This document shows, piece by piece, positions 1 to 12,316 of a stretch of DNA of 64,000 bases. The translations under genes were made by a program, and so were the position numbers. The first letter of the stretch is position 1, and every line of letters starts with the position of its first letter. The stretch comes from Tubulanus polymorphus (taxonomy: Eukaryota; Animalia; Nemertea). The stretch covers positions 13,772,655 to 13,836,654 of the forward strand of contig NC_134033.1 in the NCBI RefSeq assembly GCF_964204645.1, written 5' to 3'. Under the pieces are notes generated by a model that saw only the letters and a program-made list of their open reading frames with translations, was not told the origin of the DNA and ran no database searches.

Positions 1-63
1 TTCATTTTCTATTATCTCGGGTCAATCTTCAAATATTTACAGTACGGAATTGTTTTGTCTTAC

Positions 64-365
64 ATTTTTCGACATTGGTCATTGGAGGTGGAGGTGGCAT
101 CGGCATTCGGGGTGGACCACCTGGCCAACCGCCGCCTGAAAACGGGAATCCAAATCCAAATCCTGAAAATAAGATAGATCGATCCGTTTTTACGTATTTT
201 TACAATATTTGAGTTTGTAATTGGAGACAGGCAAAATGTGCCAAGCGAGGAGGTAGTCATTCTTTGTGATAAAGTTGATAAGATTAGATTGCAGGCTCGC
301 TCGGATCGAAACTTACCATTGACAGAACCGGTAAAGAAACCGATCAACACTACACACAATAACAT
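64..365 (-). CDS. 5' coding exons of an unidentified secreted, Pro/Gly-rich protein (partial; continues off left edge)
   Basis: Exon 374..317 (CAG acceptor, ATG at 365, MLLCVVLIGFFTGSVN-G, signal-peptide-like, phase-1 GTAAG donor) joins exon 135..64 (TTTTCAG acceptor, GGWPGGPPRMPMPPPPPMTNVEK, phase-1 GTAAG donor). A 42-nt exon-like segment at 1187..1146 may be a 5' exon. Confidence 0.55.
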
Positions 366-2430
366 CGTTGAAACCTGTGTCGGTGAAAAATTTCGAAATG
401 AAGATTCGCTCAAAGTGACAAATATATAGATGAACTTTATGTACTTCCTTAAGTCCAAACAAAATGACACCTTGTTTCTCTTCACACCCAGCGTCGAAAA
501 AATAACGTTCTAAAACGTAAAAAAAAAACAGAATCGCCCACCCGCGTGATATGTTAAGAAACAAATAAAATTTACATGTGTGATCCGATCCTCAACGGGT
601 TTGATAATCATTCCGTTTATAATTGGTGTGGCATAATATACGTGGCGTAATAATATATCAAGGATTCACAAACTTAGAGTTTAGTGTTGATTCAATATCT
701 GCATCATCCCTGTTGCAATCAGAAATACCTCCCGAGAAATCTGACAATCGAGCACTATCTTTGTTGTTTTTTTTTCTAATTTCAAAATCTTTTTCAAATT
801 TCATATTTAGGTTCATTTCCTTTCAAATTCATAATCTCACCATTCATTTTACTTTGAAGTTGTTTAAAATGGTTTGGCGTATCTCTTGGAAACAAGTGAA
901 TACCGATGTAAAATAAAAAATGAAAATCCCCCAAAGGCATTTACTCATTATAAAAATGTATCCTCGCGAAAAGTTTTTATTTCTACATTTTTTTAAACCA
1001 AAATGAAAATAAAAACCTCATTTCAAAAATCTGCTCAAAAACTTCGTATCAGAATGGAATGGGTAATGGTGGATTTAGTGTTTGCGTATAGGATCGAATA
1101 AATCGATGTGAAATTATATTTTTTTATTGTGAAACTGCGACTTACCTGTTGATCTAAGGATGCGACGTCTGAATGTCTTAAAAACGTCTGAAACAAGTAT
1201 TTCACAGACGTTCTCCGAACATTGATATATCTCCACCATACAGCTGTGACCCTGGTCAGGTGACATACCAGTCTCAATTCATCCATCTCCGCCAACAGTT
1301 ACAATAAACCCCTACGCCACAGACACCATATTGCCAACAACAATTTTTTTCATATTTCTTTGATATTGCACATTGTGGATTTAATTGTTTTCAACTCCAA
1401 TCAATCCAAGCTAGTCATCTCCCGTGTTATTCTAGTCGGGCATGTAGCCTTTTCGTACTCTTCCACGATCTTATGCTTTACCTGTTTTTCTGTTGTTGTT
1501 GTGTTTTTAATCTTTTACTTAATCAATCGTCGCAATTAGGTTTTTAGTTTTAAATGAAACCTTCCGTTCGCCACTGCACCATCCTCCTTTGGCAGGGATT
1601 CGAACCTGATGGTATCGAGACTGCAACGTGACTCCAGTCTAAAACCCATCTGTTCATCGAAGCTTTGAATTAAAACATCTTGAATTCTCTCTTTTCTCTT
1701 ATCATTTTTCTAGTAAGTTAAGCCAATGAGCATATTTCATGCATATTCGTTTAGGCTCAATTAACTATAAACTATCATATATTAGAATGATAGGTTGACA
1801 CGTTGTTTCTCCGTTGTGCCGAGCCCCGGCTGGCCGAGTATCTACCCCGTACATAACTTTTTTGAAAATCATGATCAAGCTGACAATAACAGAACCGGCA
1901 GCAATAGAAATGAATCGAAATGGATTTAACGCCGTAAGCTAATCGGGAACCTTCGACCTTCTTTGGCAATCGAGGATTCCACTTAAGGCAGGCGAGGATC
2001 CGCCAAATTCGCTAGTAGTTACTCCGTTTTCGCGTTCGGTTTCTTCAAAATTTCAATAAAAACCGAATGAACTTTTTCTTAAAAAAAATCTATTATTAAT
2101 GAAAACTATACCTATATCTGAGCAGAAAAACATGAATTCATTCTATATTTTTGGTGGGTGCTGTGATAATGAGCCTAAAAATTCAGTTAAAAGTTAATTG
2201 AAAATGAACTAATTTTGATAAGATATATAATTTTATTTCTCTCCAACCATTTTCATGGTACGTGGAGGGAAAAATAATTTTGTTTATAAATATTTACATA
2301 TCAAGAAAAAATTTATAAAGATTTTAAAAACATAACAACATTATTTACAATATATACAAATACAGTGTACTATTTACAATCGACAGACTACAGGAGGGGA
2401 TCTAAGTACATCTAAACTATCTTCAATAAA

Positions 2431-2673
2431 TTATGCTAATTGAAAATTTGGAGTTCTTAATATATCAAAGTTTCTAAATGTGTCTAAATTTGGTATGGTT
2501 TCGCGAAGTTCGGTAAGAAGGGTACAATCAAAGAGAACATGTAATTCATCCTCAAAAAACATTGCAGATTGGGCACATTCTTTCGTTTCTATGTAGATGG
2601 AGATTAGAAACCTATGCACAGGTGATAGGTGAGACCCAATTCTAAATTGTACGTTCTCGTATAAGGATATCAT
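2431..2673 (-). mobile_element. Degenerate 3' fragment of a non-LTR retrotransposon (CR1/L2-like ORF2 C-terminus)
   Basis: Translation contains C..EDELHVLFDC..LR, resembling the C-terminal Cys/His motif of LINE ORF2; no RT core present. Confidence 0.45.
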
Positions 2674-3032
2674 AAATAGATTTTAATTTGCGGAAATGAA
2701 CATTTTGCGGAACAAAAAAACATGAAAAAACACTTATGCGCATTCATAGGGATTCATCGAAATCCCCGGACGGATAAAGCATGGAGACAGTACCTAAAGG
2801 CTGGCTTAAGTCAGCCTTAACTGGAACATCATGATTTCAATCATTGGGTTCGAGTCACTGCAACAGGACCTTACCAAGCTGAGGGCAGGGGGCCGCCTCG
2901 ACCGAGAGATTTTGGAAAAGAGCCCTTTTTGCATCTATGATTGTTATGTGCAATAAAAAGGCCACTTTTCAGGTTTATCTGCCCCCTCTCAAGAATCAAT
3001 TCAAGGTACGGCCCTGAAAAAAGCTGAAATAT

Positions 3033-4178
3033 CTACGGAATTTTGATCCACCACGGCATGAAATATTGTTCGTAACTGAATAGACGAGCGGCCCAAGTGC
3101 CGGGTGCCCTGGCGCTGCCGAAATAAGTCGTCGTGCCGTTGGCTAAAAACGCGCCCCAGAATCCAAACGATCCGATCGTTAGAATCGAGTGGTTTGATTT
3201 CGATAAGATCGCCAGATCGACAAGACGATCCGTGCAGGGACAAAACGCCGTGTTCGGCATCGAGCCGAATTTCTCGCGGCACCATTTCAAATCGTCACTG
3301 CATATCACGTATAAAACGTTATCGTATAATCTTTCCATAATTGCCATCGCTTTATTGAAATAATCCATCGTCGGTTGCCGCATACCCAGTTTGTCATGAT
3401 TATGTGTGTTCGTAATGTCCCCACGACGAACATGAATGCCCACGTATGTCACTTTTGTACTATGTCTTTTTGTTCGATGTTTTCGTGTATAATTTGCCGT
3501 TGCATTCGCCAGGAAGGATTCGGCTGCGTCTGTAACCGGCTTCCTGAACGTGAACTCTCGTCGCAGCTGATCGGACGCGTGCGGATGGAAATAGCGCCAA
3601 TTCTGAAAAAATCCCCACAGCACAAAATTGCCTTTGATCTTGACAGTTTTCATCAACTTCGGGTCGAAAAAGCAACAATTCTCATTGTAGCGATTTGAAT
3701 TTTTCGTGACTCGGGATTGGTATTCACTGTCCGGGTATTTTTCAGCACTTATGTCGAATATTTTCCGCAAACCGTTTCCTTCGTTGAGGTAGATGGGCAC
3801 GTTACCCCTTGCCAACGCTACTCCAACAAGAGCGGCGTACTGAAACATATTATTGCCCAGCCTTCCCTGTGTAAAGACCGTCATGCTGGAATTAGCGGCG
3901 ACGTTCTTATCGATTTTTTTCGGTGTAGGTTTAGGTGTTGTTCGTTTTGTCTGCGGACGCTGTTTCTCAGTTAACGTCTGCGGACGCTGTTTATCAGTTA
4001 TAATCAGAAGTTGTTGTTTATTGGTCATTGCTGTCGTTTGATACACAAAATAGACAGTAGAAATGACGAATAACATCATGCATAAAATAGCTAAGAAATG
4101 CCGCCTCGTAGGGTTCATCAATCCGATCAATGTACGGATAAACATCATTATTACTGAAATAATAAAATAAACGACCAT
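3033..4178 (-). CDS. Galactoside alpha-1,2-fucosyltransferase (GT11, FUT1/FUT2-like), type A copy 1
   Basis: Intronless 381-aa ORF; N-terminal TM anchor, Thr/Lys/Pro stem, GRLGNNMFQYA, GFFQNWRYF, VGIHVRRGD, SDD, DLAILSKSNHSILTIGSFGFWGAFL motifs of GT11. Confidence 0.93.
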   Translation of the reverse strand: MVVYFIISVIMMFIRTLIGLMNPTRRHFLAILCMMLFVISTVYFVYQTTAMTNKQQLLIITDKQRPQTLTEKQRPQTKRTTPKPTPKKIDKNVAANSSMTVFTQGRLGNNMFQYAALVGVALARGNVPIYLNEGNGLRKIFDISAEKYPDSEYQSRVTKNSNRYNENCCFFDPKLMKTVKIKGNFVLWGFFQNWRYFHPHASDQLRREFTFRKPVTDAAESFLANATANYTRKHRTKRHSTKVTYVGIHVRRGDITNTHNHDKLGMRQPTMDYFNKAMAIMERLYDNVLYVICSDDLKWCREKFGSMPNTAFCPCTDRLVDLAILSKSNHSILTIGSFGFWGAFLANGTTTYFGSARAPGTWAARLFSYEQYFMPWWIKIP

Positions 4179-5298
4179 TTAGTGATTCAATTATCCTTAA
4201 TCAAATCCTAATAAAATGAGGAATATATTTAGGTAAACCTCCCTGCCCAGGCCTCCCTGACTTCTGCCCAGAGGATTTCAACGTGCATTGATCTGGCATA
4301 ATTAGATTGGCCAAGAGATCGAAGCCACGGTTCCAAACCGCAACTTGAAGTTGAACCTTGATTTCATATTTCTCTTTACAAGAAACAGTTAGATGTAGAA
4401 GTATGTTACAATCGTGAAAAAACTCACAAATGGAGACGCAGTAGTGAAAGCAGTTCAGCCACTTGCATGTAGTCGTCTCTCTACGCTTTCCAACATGACT
4501 TCTCTCGAAATAGTTACTTATATAACAATTTCATGAGAGAAGTCAGCGTTAGATATTAGTGATTTAAACTTAGGATGATGATTTCATCTTCTAAACTTAC
4601 TTGAACTCTATAGATATTTGCTGTAAAATACTTCTGCAAGTAGCTGCCTAGTTGAGTATTCATGCGAAGTAATGTACCGGGTAAAGACTTACATAGGGCT
4701 GAACATTACATCTTATGGAAAACCGGTTATCATTGAACGTGAAATATATTCTGATAAATACAAATTTTTCAATGCCTTGACCTACTCGACTTGTAATGCC
4801 GAAGAAAGCAATTCTATGGGATTATACGAATGATTTGGATTCCATTGACAATTCCATATGATACGTGTATTTACATGTTGCTAGTCTCAGAGTAGTTTTT
4901 TGTTGTTTTATTTTTTGTTTTTTTTTTGTAGTAGGTTTGCCAATGCACTTCTTGTACCGGGAGTCTCTTTTACAAGGTTTAGAAATGGTTCTCCATATAG
5001 TTGAAAGGAGATTTTAACTTCACTATAAGGAGGTATCCACTATAAGAGAAGGTTAAAATCTCTAGGACCTCCAATTAAAAATAAAATTTTCCTTTTAAGG
5101 CTATTACTGAAACATTGTAAGACGGAAGCCTGTTGGATCCTCTAGTTATCGAAAGGTCTTTTAGTTAGAAATTCATCAGTAATTGTTTGATACATGAAAT
5201 ATAGTTAGAATTAAATTCTTTTCAAAAGATAACCATTATAAATTTCCGGAAATATCTAGAAGCACAGCATGTTCCAGATTGCAGTAAAAACCGATAGA

Positions 5299-6496
5299 CT
5301 ACGGAATTTTGATCCATTCCGGCATGAAATATTGATCGTAACTAAAGACAATATCGGCATCTGAACCGAGTGCCCTGGCGCTGCCGAAATAAGTCGTTGT
5401 ACCGTTGGCTAAAAACGCGCCCCAGAATCCAAACGATCCGATCGTTAGAATCGAGTGGTTTGATTTCGATAAGATCGCCAGATCGACCAGACGATCCGTG
5501 CCGGGACAAAACGCCGTGTTCGGCATCGAGCCGAATTTCTCGCGGCACCATTTCAAATCATCACTACAGATCACGTAAAACACGTAATGATATAAACTTT
5601 CCATAATTGTCATCGCTTTTTTGAAATAATCCATCGTCGGTTGCCGCATACCCATTATTCTATAGCCGATGGTTGTAATGTCGCCACGACGAACATGAAT
5701 GCCCACGTATGTCAATTTTGTACTATGTCTTTTTGTCCGATGTTTTCGTGTATAATTTGCCGTTGCATTCGCCAGGAAGGATTCGGCTGCGTCTGTGACC
5801 GGCTTCCTGAACGTGAATTCACGTCGCAGCTGATCGGACGCGTGCGGATGGAAATAACGCCAATTCTGAAAAAAAACCATTCAGCACAAAATTCCCTGCG
5901 ATCTTGACAGTTTTCATCAACTTCGGGTCGAAAAGGCAACAAGTCTCGTTGTAGCGATTGGTATTATTTTCGACTCGAGATTTGTATTCACTGTCCGGGT
6001 ATTTTTCAGCACTTATGTTGAATATTTTCCTCAAACCGTTTCCTTCGTTGAGGTAGATGGGCACGTGACCTCTAGCTAACGCGACCCCAACAAGAGCGGC
6101 GTACTGAAACATATTATTGCCCAATCGCGCCAGTGTAATGACCGTCATGCTAGAATTAGCGGCAACATTCTTATCGATTTTTTTCGGTGTAGGTTTAGGT
6201 GTTGTTCGTTTCGTTTGCGGACGCTGTTTCTCAGTTAACGTCTGCGGACGCTTTTTCTCAGTTAACGTCTGCGGACGCTGTTTCTCAGTTGTCGTCTGTC
6301 GACGTAGTTTCTTAGTTGAAGTCGTAGGTTGTTGTTTACTGGTCATTGCTTTCGTATCAAACAAAAAATAAACGGTCGAAATTACGAATAACATCCCGCA
6401 AATACTAACTAAGAGATGCCGCCTCGTAGGGTCCATCAAACTGAACAATGTACGGATAAACATCATTACAACTTAAATAATGAAATTGAAGACCAT
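5299..6496 (-). pseudogene. GT11 alpha-1,2-fucosyltransferase type B copy 1, disrupted
   Basis: Near-identical to 12317..13513 but has TCA>TAA at codon 8 (6475..6473) and an extra base in a poly-A run at 5869..5876 (8 vs 7 A) that splits the ORF (5819..6466 and 5299..5880). Confidence 0.75.
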
Positions 6497-9400
6497 TTAG
6501 TGATCCAATTATCCTTAATGAAATCCTAATAAAATGAGGAATAGATATAGGTAAACTTCCCAACTTCTGCCCAGAGGATTTCAACGTGCATTGATCTGGC
6601 ATAATTAGATTGGCCAAGAGATCGAAGCCACGGTTCGAAACGGCAATTTGAAGTTGAACCTTGATTTCATATTTATATTTCTCTTTACAAAAAACAATTA
6701 GAAAGTTAAAGCAGTTCAGCCACTTGCATGTAGTCGTCTCTCTACGCCTTCCAACATGACTTCTCTTGAAATAGTTACTTACCGTAAAAACCGGCGTATA
6801 AGTCTACGCGGCGTATAAGTCGAGGTCGATTTTTAGACTTACATTTCATGATTTTAACATATATCTGGCTTATAAGTCGAGTCCCTTCTCTTAGAAGAAT
6901 AATTACTAGTATCATTATATTGAATAGTTTGTTTTGATAACGATGTGTGCCTTCACGCACGTCACCACGCGTCAGCCTGATTGCTAATACATAAATTGAA
7001 CTATAGAAAAAATGAAGACCGTGGGAACGGGACAGTATCCGATATCAATCTACAAAATCTTCTCTCTTTGATTTGAATGTAACTGAAGTGAATTCGTCTT
7101 AGGAACCGTCACGATTAATTAAAAACACCTACCTATACCCTACTCATAACCACGCCCAAGTTCGCGTTTATCATGCATTAACACTCACCGAAACACCGTA
7201 TGAAATCATTTGAAATTCCACTAACATTGCCGTTATCGTGTGTGGGTGTTCTTGATAAGCGGTACAACGAGTAAGCATCGTTCTATTTATGCTTCAAGGA
7301 ATTACGCATTACTATTTCCCGATGGGTTTTCCCGAACGAAAAAAGTTACTTGCTGGAAGAATAGTTCCGAAGACTATCTATCTGGTATTTCAGCAATTTA
7401 GATAATCGTCACTTACTGAAAGAATATTGTTATTTCGACAGTTCCGATGACTTTCTATCAATCTGGTATTTTAGCAATTTAGCTACCCGTTAAGCGACAA
7501 CGTTGACAGTACGAAATTTAATTTGCTGGGTCATTACAAAAAAACGTATGGAAACGTATGTTACGCTAGTTAACCAGGCACATAACTCATTTTAAGTCGT
7601 GACTATACTAATCGTAATCGGAATAAAGATATCACCCTTTGACATAAACAACCGCGACATTTTGTATATTCAGGCATCCTAAATGATATCGGATCTTAAG
7701 ATGTAAGTATCTAAAATATATGTTTCTATCTGTTATAATCGAAATGAAAAATAGATATTATGGTCATTAACGAGGAATATCAAAACTGATAACTCTCAGA
7801 AATGAAGATCATTCTGATGCAAAATCGAAGCACGTTTTTCAACGTTTGAACCTTTAGAAGAGAATAAAATCTTAATGCCCGTGCCAGCAGCTATAGTAGA
7901 GCTCAACGCGTGTTTGTCAAGGCTAAACTCACAACCCTATGGAACTGGGTCCCGGATCTTCTAAGTCCGACAGGAATCCACCTGCGGAAAGTTCCACCGA
8001 CAGGAATCCATCTCGTAAGCGGCTTCATTCGTCAACAGTGACGTGTTAGCTCGACACGACGTGGGCTCGTCTGCAGACGGAACGCAGCAATGTCATCATA
8101 TACAAAATCAATTCCCGCTCGCACTTGCACGAATACGCATATATTATTTTGCTCCGTATTATAATCTATATCACTTCGGCATATTTCATATCTACGTCGA
8201 TATTACTGTATATAATTATGTTAAACACCGCATTGCCGAACAGGGAAAAATACCTTCAAACTTCAAAATACAAAACACGAAAAACAAACTCAAGAGATAA
8301 AAGAGAACAGCAGCAATATGAAAAACAAAGTTCAAACCGGTAACTTAACAAGAAAAATTATAATTGAGAAGTAAATTAACAAAAGTATTAATTATACTTA
8401 CCTGGGTTGGTGTAGATACGCATAGTGACTGATGGCGGGTATGTCGGCTATGTATTTCTGCCCGCGCACGTTTGGGTTTTCGATCGTCGAATACGGTCGT
8501 CTGATCGCGCCGTCATTGCCATCAGGACTTTATAAGACATCCGGATCGGGCGGCCTGAAAATAAAGTAAGCCCGATTCCTTTTCGGGCGTTGATTGGTCG
8601 CCGGCGTCGCGGGGACGCGTCATCAGCGGGCTGATTTTGCGGCAAATATAACAATAGATCGTCAAGCGATGAGCGAATTACTCGAAAAAGTTCTTCTTCA
8701 AAAGCCCCATTTAGAGAAACAGTAAGAGGTAATGAATTAGCCAAGTCGCGTTACCTTTCGAATTCTTAAAACACTTACTCTGACCTGGGTCCTCCATGTT
8801 CGCTGAACGCAACAGAGTTGGTCGATTGCCCTGGGAAAGTTGTGTTTGAATGTTAAAGCTGTGCACAACGATAGTTTCATATTTTCAAGTACGTGCAGAT
8901 ATGCTTTCCATTATTTTTCCCGTTCAAGTGGGCCGCCTATTGCCGAAGCTCGAAGCTCGAATGATCTATATACTATTGTTGAAAAATATATGTATCCGTA
9001 TACGAAACGTAGCCAACGCCCTAGCGCAGTCACGTGGCCGATGAAGTGGTCAGTAACCATGGCACCGGATTTGATTGACGGCTACAAGTAGTTTTTCAAT
9101 TGAAGTTTTTTTTCGAGTAAAAAAAAAAATTTCGAAACGACCATGACCCTTCATATGTGTCAGAAACTGATATCGCAAAGCGTACAAGCGCGGCGAATAG
9201 TCTAAAACGCTGAACAATACCTTAACCGAAATATCGACAAGTTATCCCAATTGAGGGAGGCAAACTGGGAACGCAAAACATCCATTTGTAAAAACTCATC
9301 CTTTATATAGAATTTCGCCTCGGTTATTCACGCATATCTAATTGAACCTGTCGATAAACAAAAGTTACACCGACGTCAAGCATGCGCGGAGTGAAATGAT

Positions 9401-10196
9401 CTGTCAGACTGTTACACACACACTCGGGTATAATACACTAAAGGGGGGCTCAGATCGACCTTACGACGCGACTCAACTGGTCGGCGACTGGTTTTCCGGC
9501 GACTACCGCCGATCGTCGCACGATTTTCGTCGCCGATTCTAGTCGATCAGTTTTTCACGATCGGCGACTGAATCGCAGGAGTTGAACATGTTCTACTTCT
9601 ACGACGCGACGGAACCAGTCGCCGACTCGTCGTCGTCGATGTGCGTGTTTCTGCGATGAGTTGCCGACTCCACAACTAATTTCAGCCAATTACGGCGGTG
9701 TTGTACCGCTATGATAATAAATAACGAGTAATAATTACATAACGAGTAAGTTCAAAAAACGAATAGAGGTAAAAGTGCAGATCCGCACCTCTCCGCGTTC
9801 AATCAATTACGTTAAATATCATTGTTTCAGATTCAAAATGTCATCAGCAATCAGTCAGGAACACTTTCCAAAAACGGCTTATTCTGCCAATTTCGGCGTT
9901 TTCCGCCAATAACGGCAGAATCAGCCGTTTATGGATCACTCAGTTTTGAAACTTTTACAGTCGTTTATGGCTTAATCAGCCAGTTTCATGATTTCAATCA
10001 TTGGGTTCGAGTCACTGCAACAGGACCTTACCAAGCTGAGGGCAGGGGGCAGTCTCCCGCCTCGACCGAGAGATTTTGGAAAAGAGCCCTTTTTGCATCT
10101 ATGATTGTTATGTGCAATAAAAAGGCCACTTTTCAGGTTTATCTGCCCCCTCTCAAGAATCAATTCAAGGTACGGCCCTGAAAAAAGCTGAAATAT

Positions 10197-11315
10197 CTAC
10201 GGAATTTTGATCCACCACGGCATGAAATATTGTTCGTAACTAAATAGACGAGCGGCCCAAGTGCCGGGTGCCCTGGCGCTGCCGAAATAAGTCGTCGTGC
10301 CGTTGGCTAAAAACGCGCCCCAGAATCCAAACGATCCGATCGTTAGAATCGAGTGGTTTGATTTCGATAAGATCGCCAGATCGACAAGACGATCCGTGCC
10401 GGGACAAAACGCCGTGTTCGGCATCGAGCCGAATTTCTCGCGGCACCATTTCAAATCGTCACTGCATATCACGTATAAAACGTTATCGTATAATCTTTCC
10501 ATAATTGCCATCGCTTTATTGAAATAATCTATCGTCGGTTGCCGCATACCCAGTTTGTCATGATTATGTGCGTTCGTAATGTCCCCACGACGAACATGAA
10601 TGCCCACGTATGTCACTTTTGTACTATGTCTTTTTGTCCGATGTTTTCGTGTATAATTTGCCGTTGCATTCGCCAGGAAGGATTCGGCTGCGTCTGTAAC
10701 CGGCTTCCTGAACGTGAACTCTCGTCGCAGCTGATCGGACGCGTGCGGATGGAAATAGCGCCAATTCTGAAAAAATCCCCACAGCACAAAATTGCCTTTG
10801 ATCTTGACAGTTTTCATCAACTTCGGGTCGAAAAAGCAACAATTCTCATTGTAGCGATTTGAATTTTTCGTGACTCGGGATTGGTATTCACTGTCCGGGT
10901 ATTTTTCAGCACTTATGTCGAATATTTTCCGCAAACCGTTTCCTTCGTTGAGGTAGATGGGCACGTTACCCCTTGCTAACGCTACTCCAACAAGAGCGGC
11001 GTACTGAAACATATTATTGCCCAGCCTTCCCTGTGTAAAGACCGTCATGCTAGAATTAGCGGCGACGTTCTTATCGATTTTTTTCGGTGTAGGTTTAGGT
11101 GTTGTTCGTTTCGTCTGCGGACGCTGTTTATCAGTTATAATCTGAAGTTGTTGTTTATTGGTCATTGCTGTCGTTTGATACACAATATAGACAGTAGAAA
11201 TGACGAATAACATCATGCATAAAATAGCTAAGAAATGCCGCCTCGTAGGGTCCATCAATCCGATCAATGTACGGATAAACATCATTATTACTGAAATAAT
11301 GAAATAAACGACCAT
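10197..11315 (-). CDS. GT11 alpha-1,2-fucosyltransferase, type A copy 2
   Basis: 372-aa ORF nearly identical to 3033..4178, lacking one 27-bp stem repeat. Confidence 0.93.
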   Translation of the reverse strand: MVVYFIISVIMMFIRTLIGLMDPTRRHFLAILCMMLFVISTVYIVYQTTAMTNKQQLQIITDKQRPQTKRTTPKPTPKKIDKNVAANSSMTVFTQGRLGNNMFQYAALVGVALARGNVPIYLNEGNGLRKIFDISAEKYPDSEYQSRVTKNSNRYNENCCFFDPKLMKTVKIKGNFVLWGFFQNWRYFHPHASDQLRREFTFRKPVTDAAESFLANATANYTRKHRTKRHSTKVTYVGIHVRRGDITNAHNHDKLGMRQPTIDYFNKAMAIMERLYDNVLYVICSDDLKWCREKFGSMPNTAFCPGTDRLVDLAILSKSNHSILTIGSFGFWGAFLANGTTTYFGSARAPGTWAARLFSYEQYFMPWWIKIP

Positions 11316-12316
11316 TTAGTGATTCAATTATCCTTAATCAAATCCTAATAAAATGAGGGATTTATTTAGGTAAACCTCCCTGCCCAGGCCTCCCTGACTT
11401 CTGCCCAGAGGATTTCAACGTGCATTGATCTGGCATAATTAGATTGGCCAAGAGATCGAAGCCACGGTTCCAAACCGCAACTTGAAGTTGAACCTTGATT
11501 TCATATTTCTCTTTACAAGAAACAGTTAGATGGAGAAGTATGTTACAATCGTGACAAAACTCACAAATGGAGACGCAGTAGTGAAAGCAGTTCAGCCACT
11601 TGCATGTAGTCGTCTCTCAACGCCTTCCAACATGACTTCTCTCGAAATAGTTACTTATATAACAATTTCATGAGAAGTCAGCGTTAGATATTAGTGATTT
11701 AAACTTAGGATGATGATTTCATCTTCTAAACTTACTTGAACTCTATAGATATTTGCTGTAAAATACTTCTGCAAGTAGCTGCCTAGTTGAGTATTCACGC
11801 GAAGTAATGTACCGGGTAAAGACTTACATAGGGCTGAACATTACATCTTATGGAAAACCGGTTATCATTGAACGTGAAATATATTCTGATAAATATAAAT
11901 TTTTCAATGCCTTGACCTACTCGACTTGTAATGCCGAAGAAAGCAATTCTATGGGATTATACGAATGATTTGGATTCCATTGACAATTCCATATGATACG
12001 TGTATTTACATGTTGCTAGTCTCAGAGTAGTTTTTTGTTGTTTTATTTTTTGTTTTTTTTTTGTAGTAGGTTTGCCAATGCACTTCTTGTACCGGGAGTC
12101 TCTTTTACAAGGTTTAGAAATGGTTCTCCATATAGTTGAAAGGAAGCCTGTTGGATCCTCTAGTTATCGAAAGATCTTTTAGTTAGAAATTTATCAGTAA
12201 TTGTTTGATACATGAAATATAGTTAGAATTAAATTCTTTTCAAAAGATAACCATTATAAATTTCCGGAAATATCTAGAAGCACAGCATGTTCCAGATTGC
12301 AGTAAAAACCGATAGA

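Noticed and set aside
1562-1660. Possible tRNA (GGTTCGAATCCC B-box on minus strand)
   Set aside because: No cloverleaf can be built; at most a SINE remnant.
3104-4041. Plus-strand ORFs repeated four times across the FUT cluster
   Set aside because: Antisense shadows of the duplicated fucosyltransferase genes.
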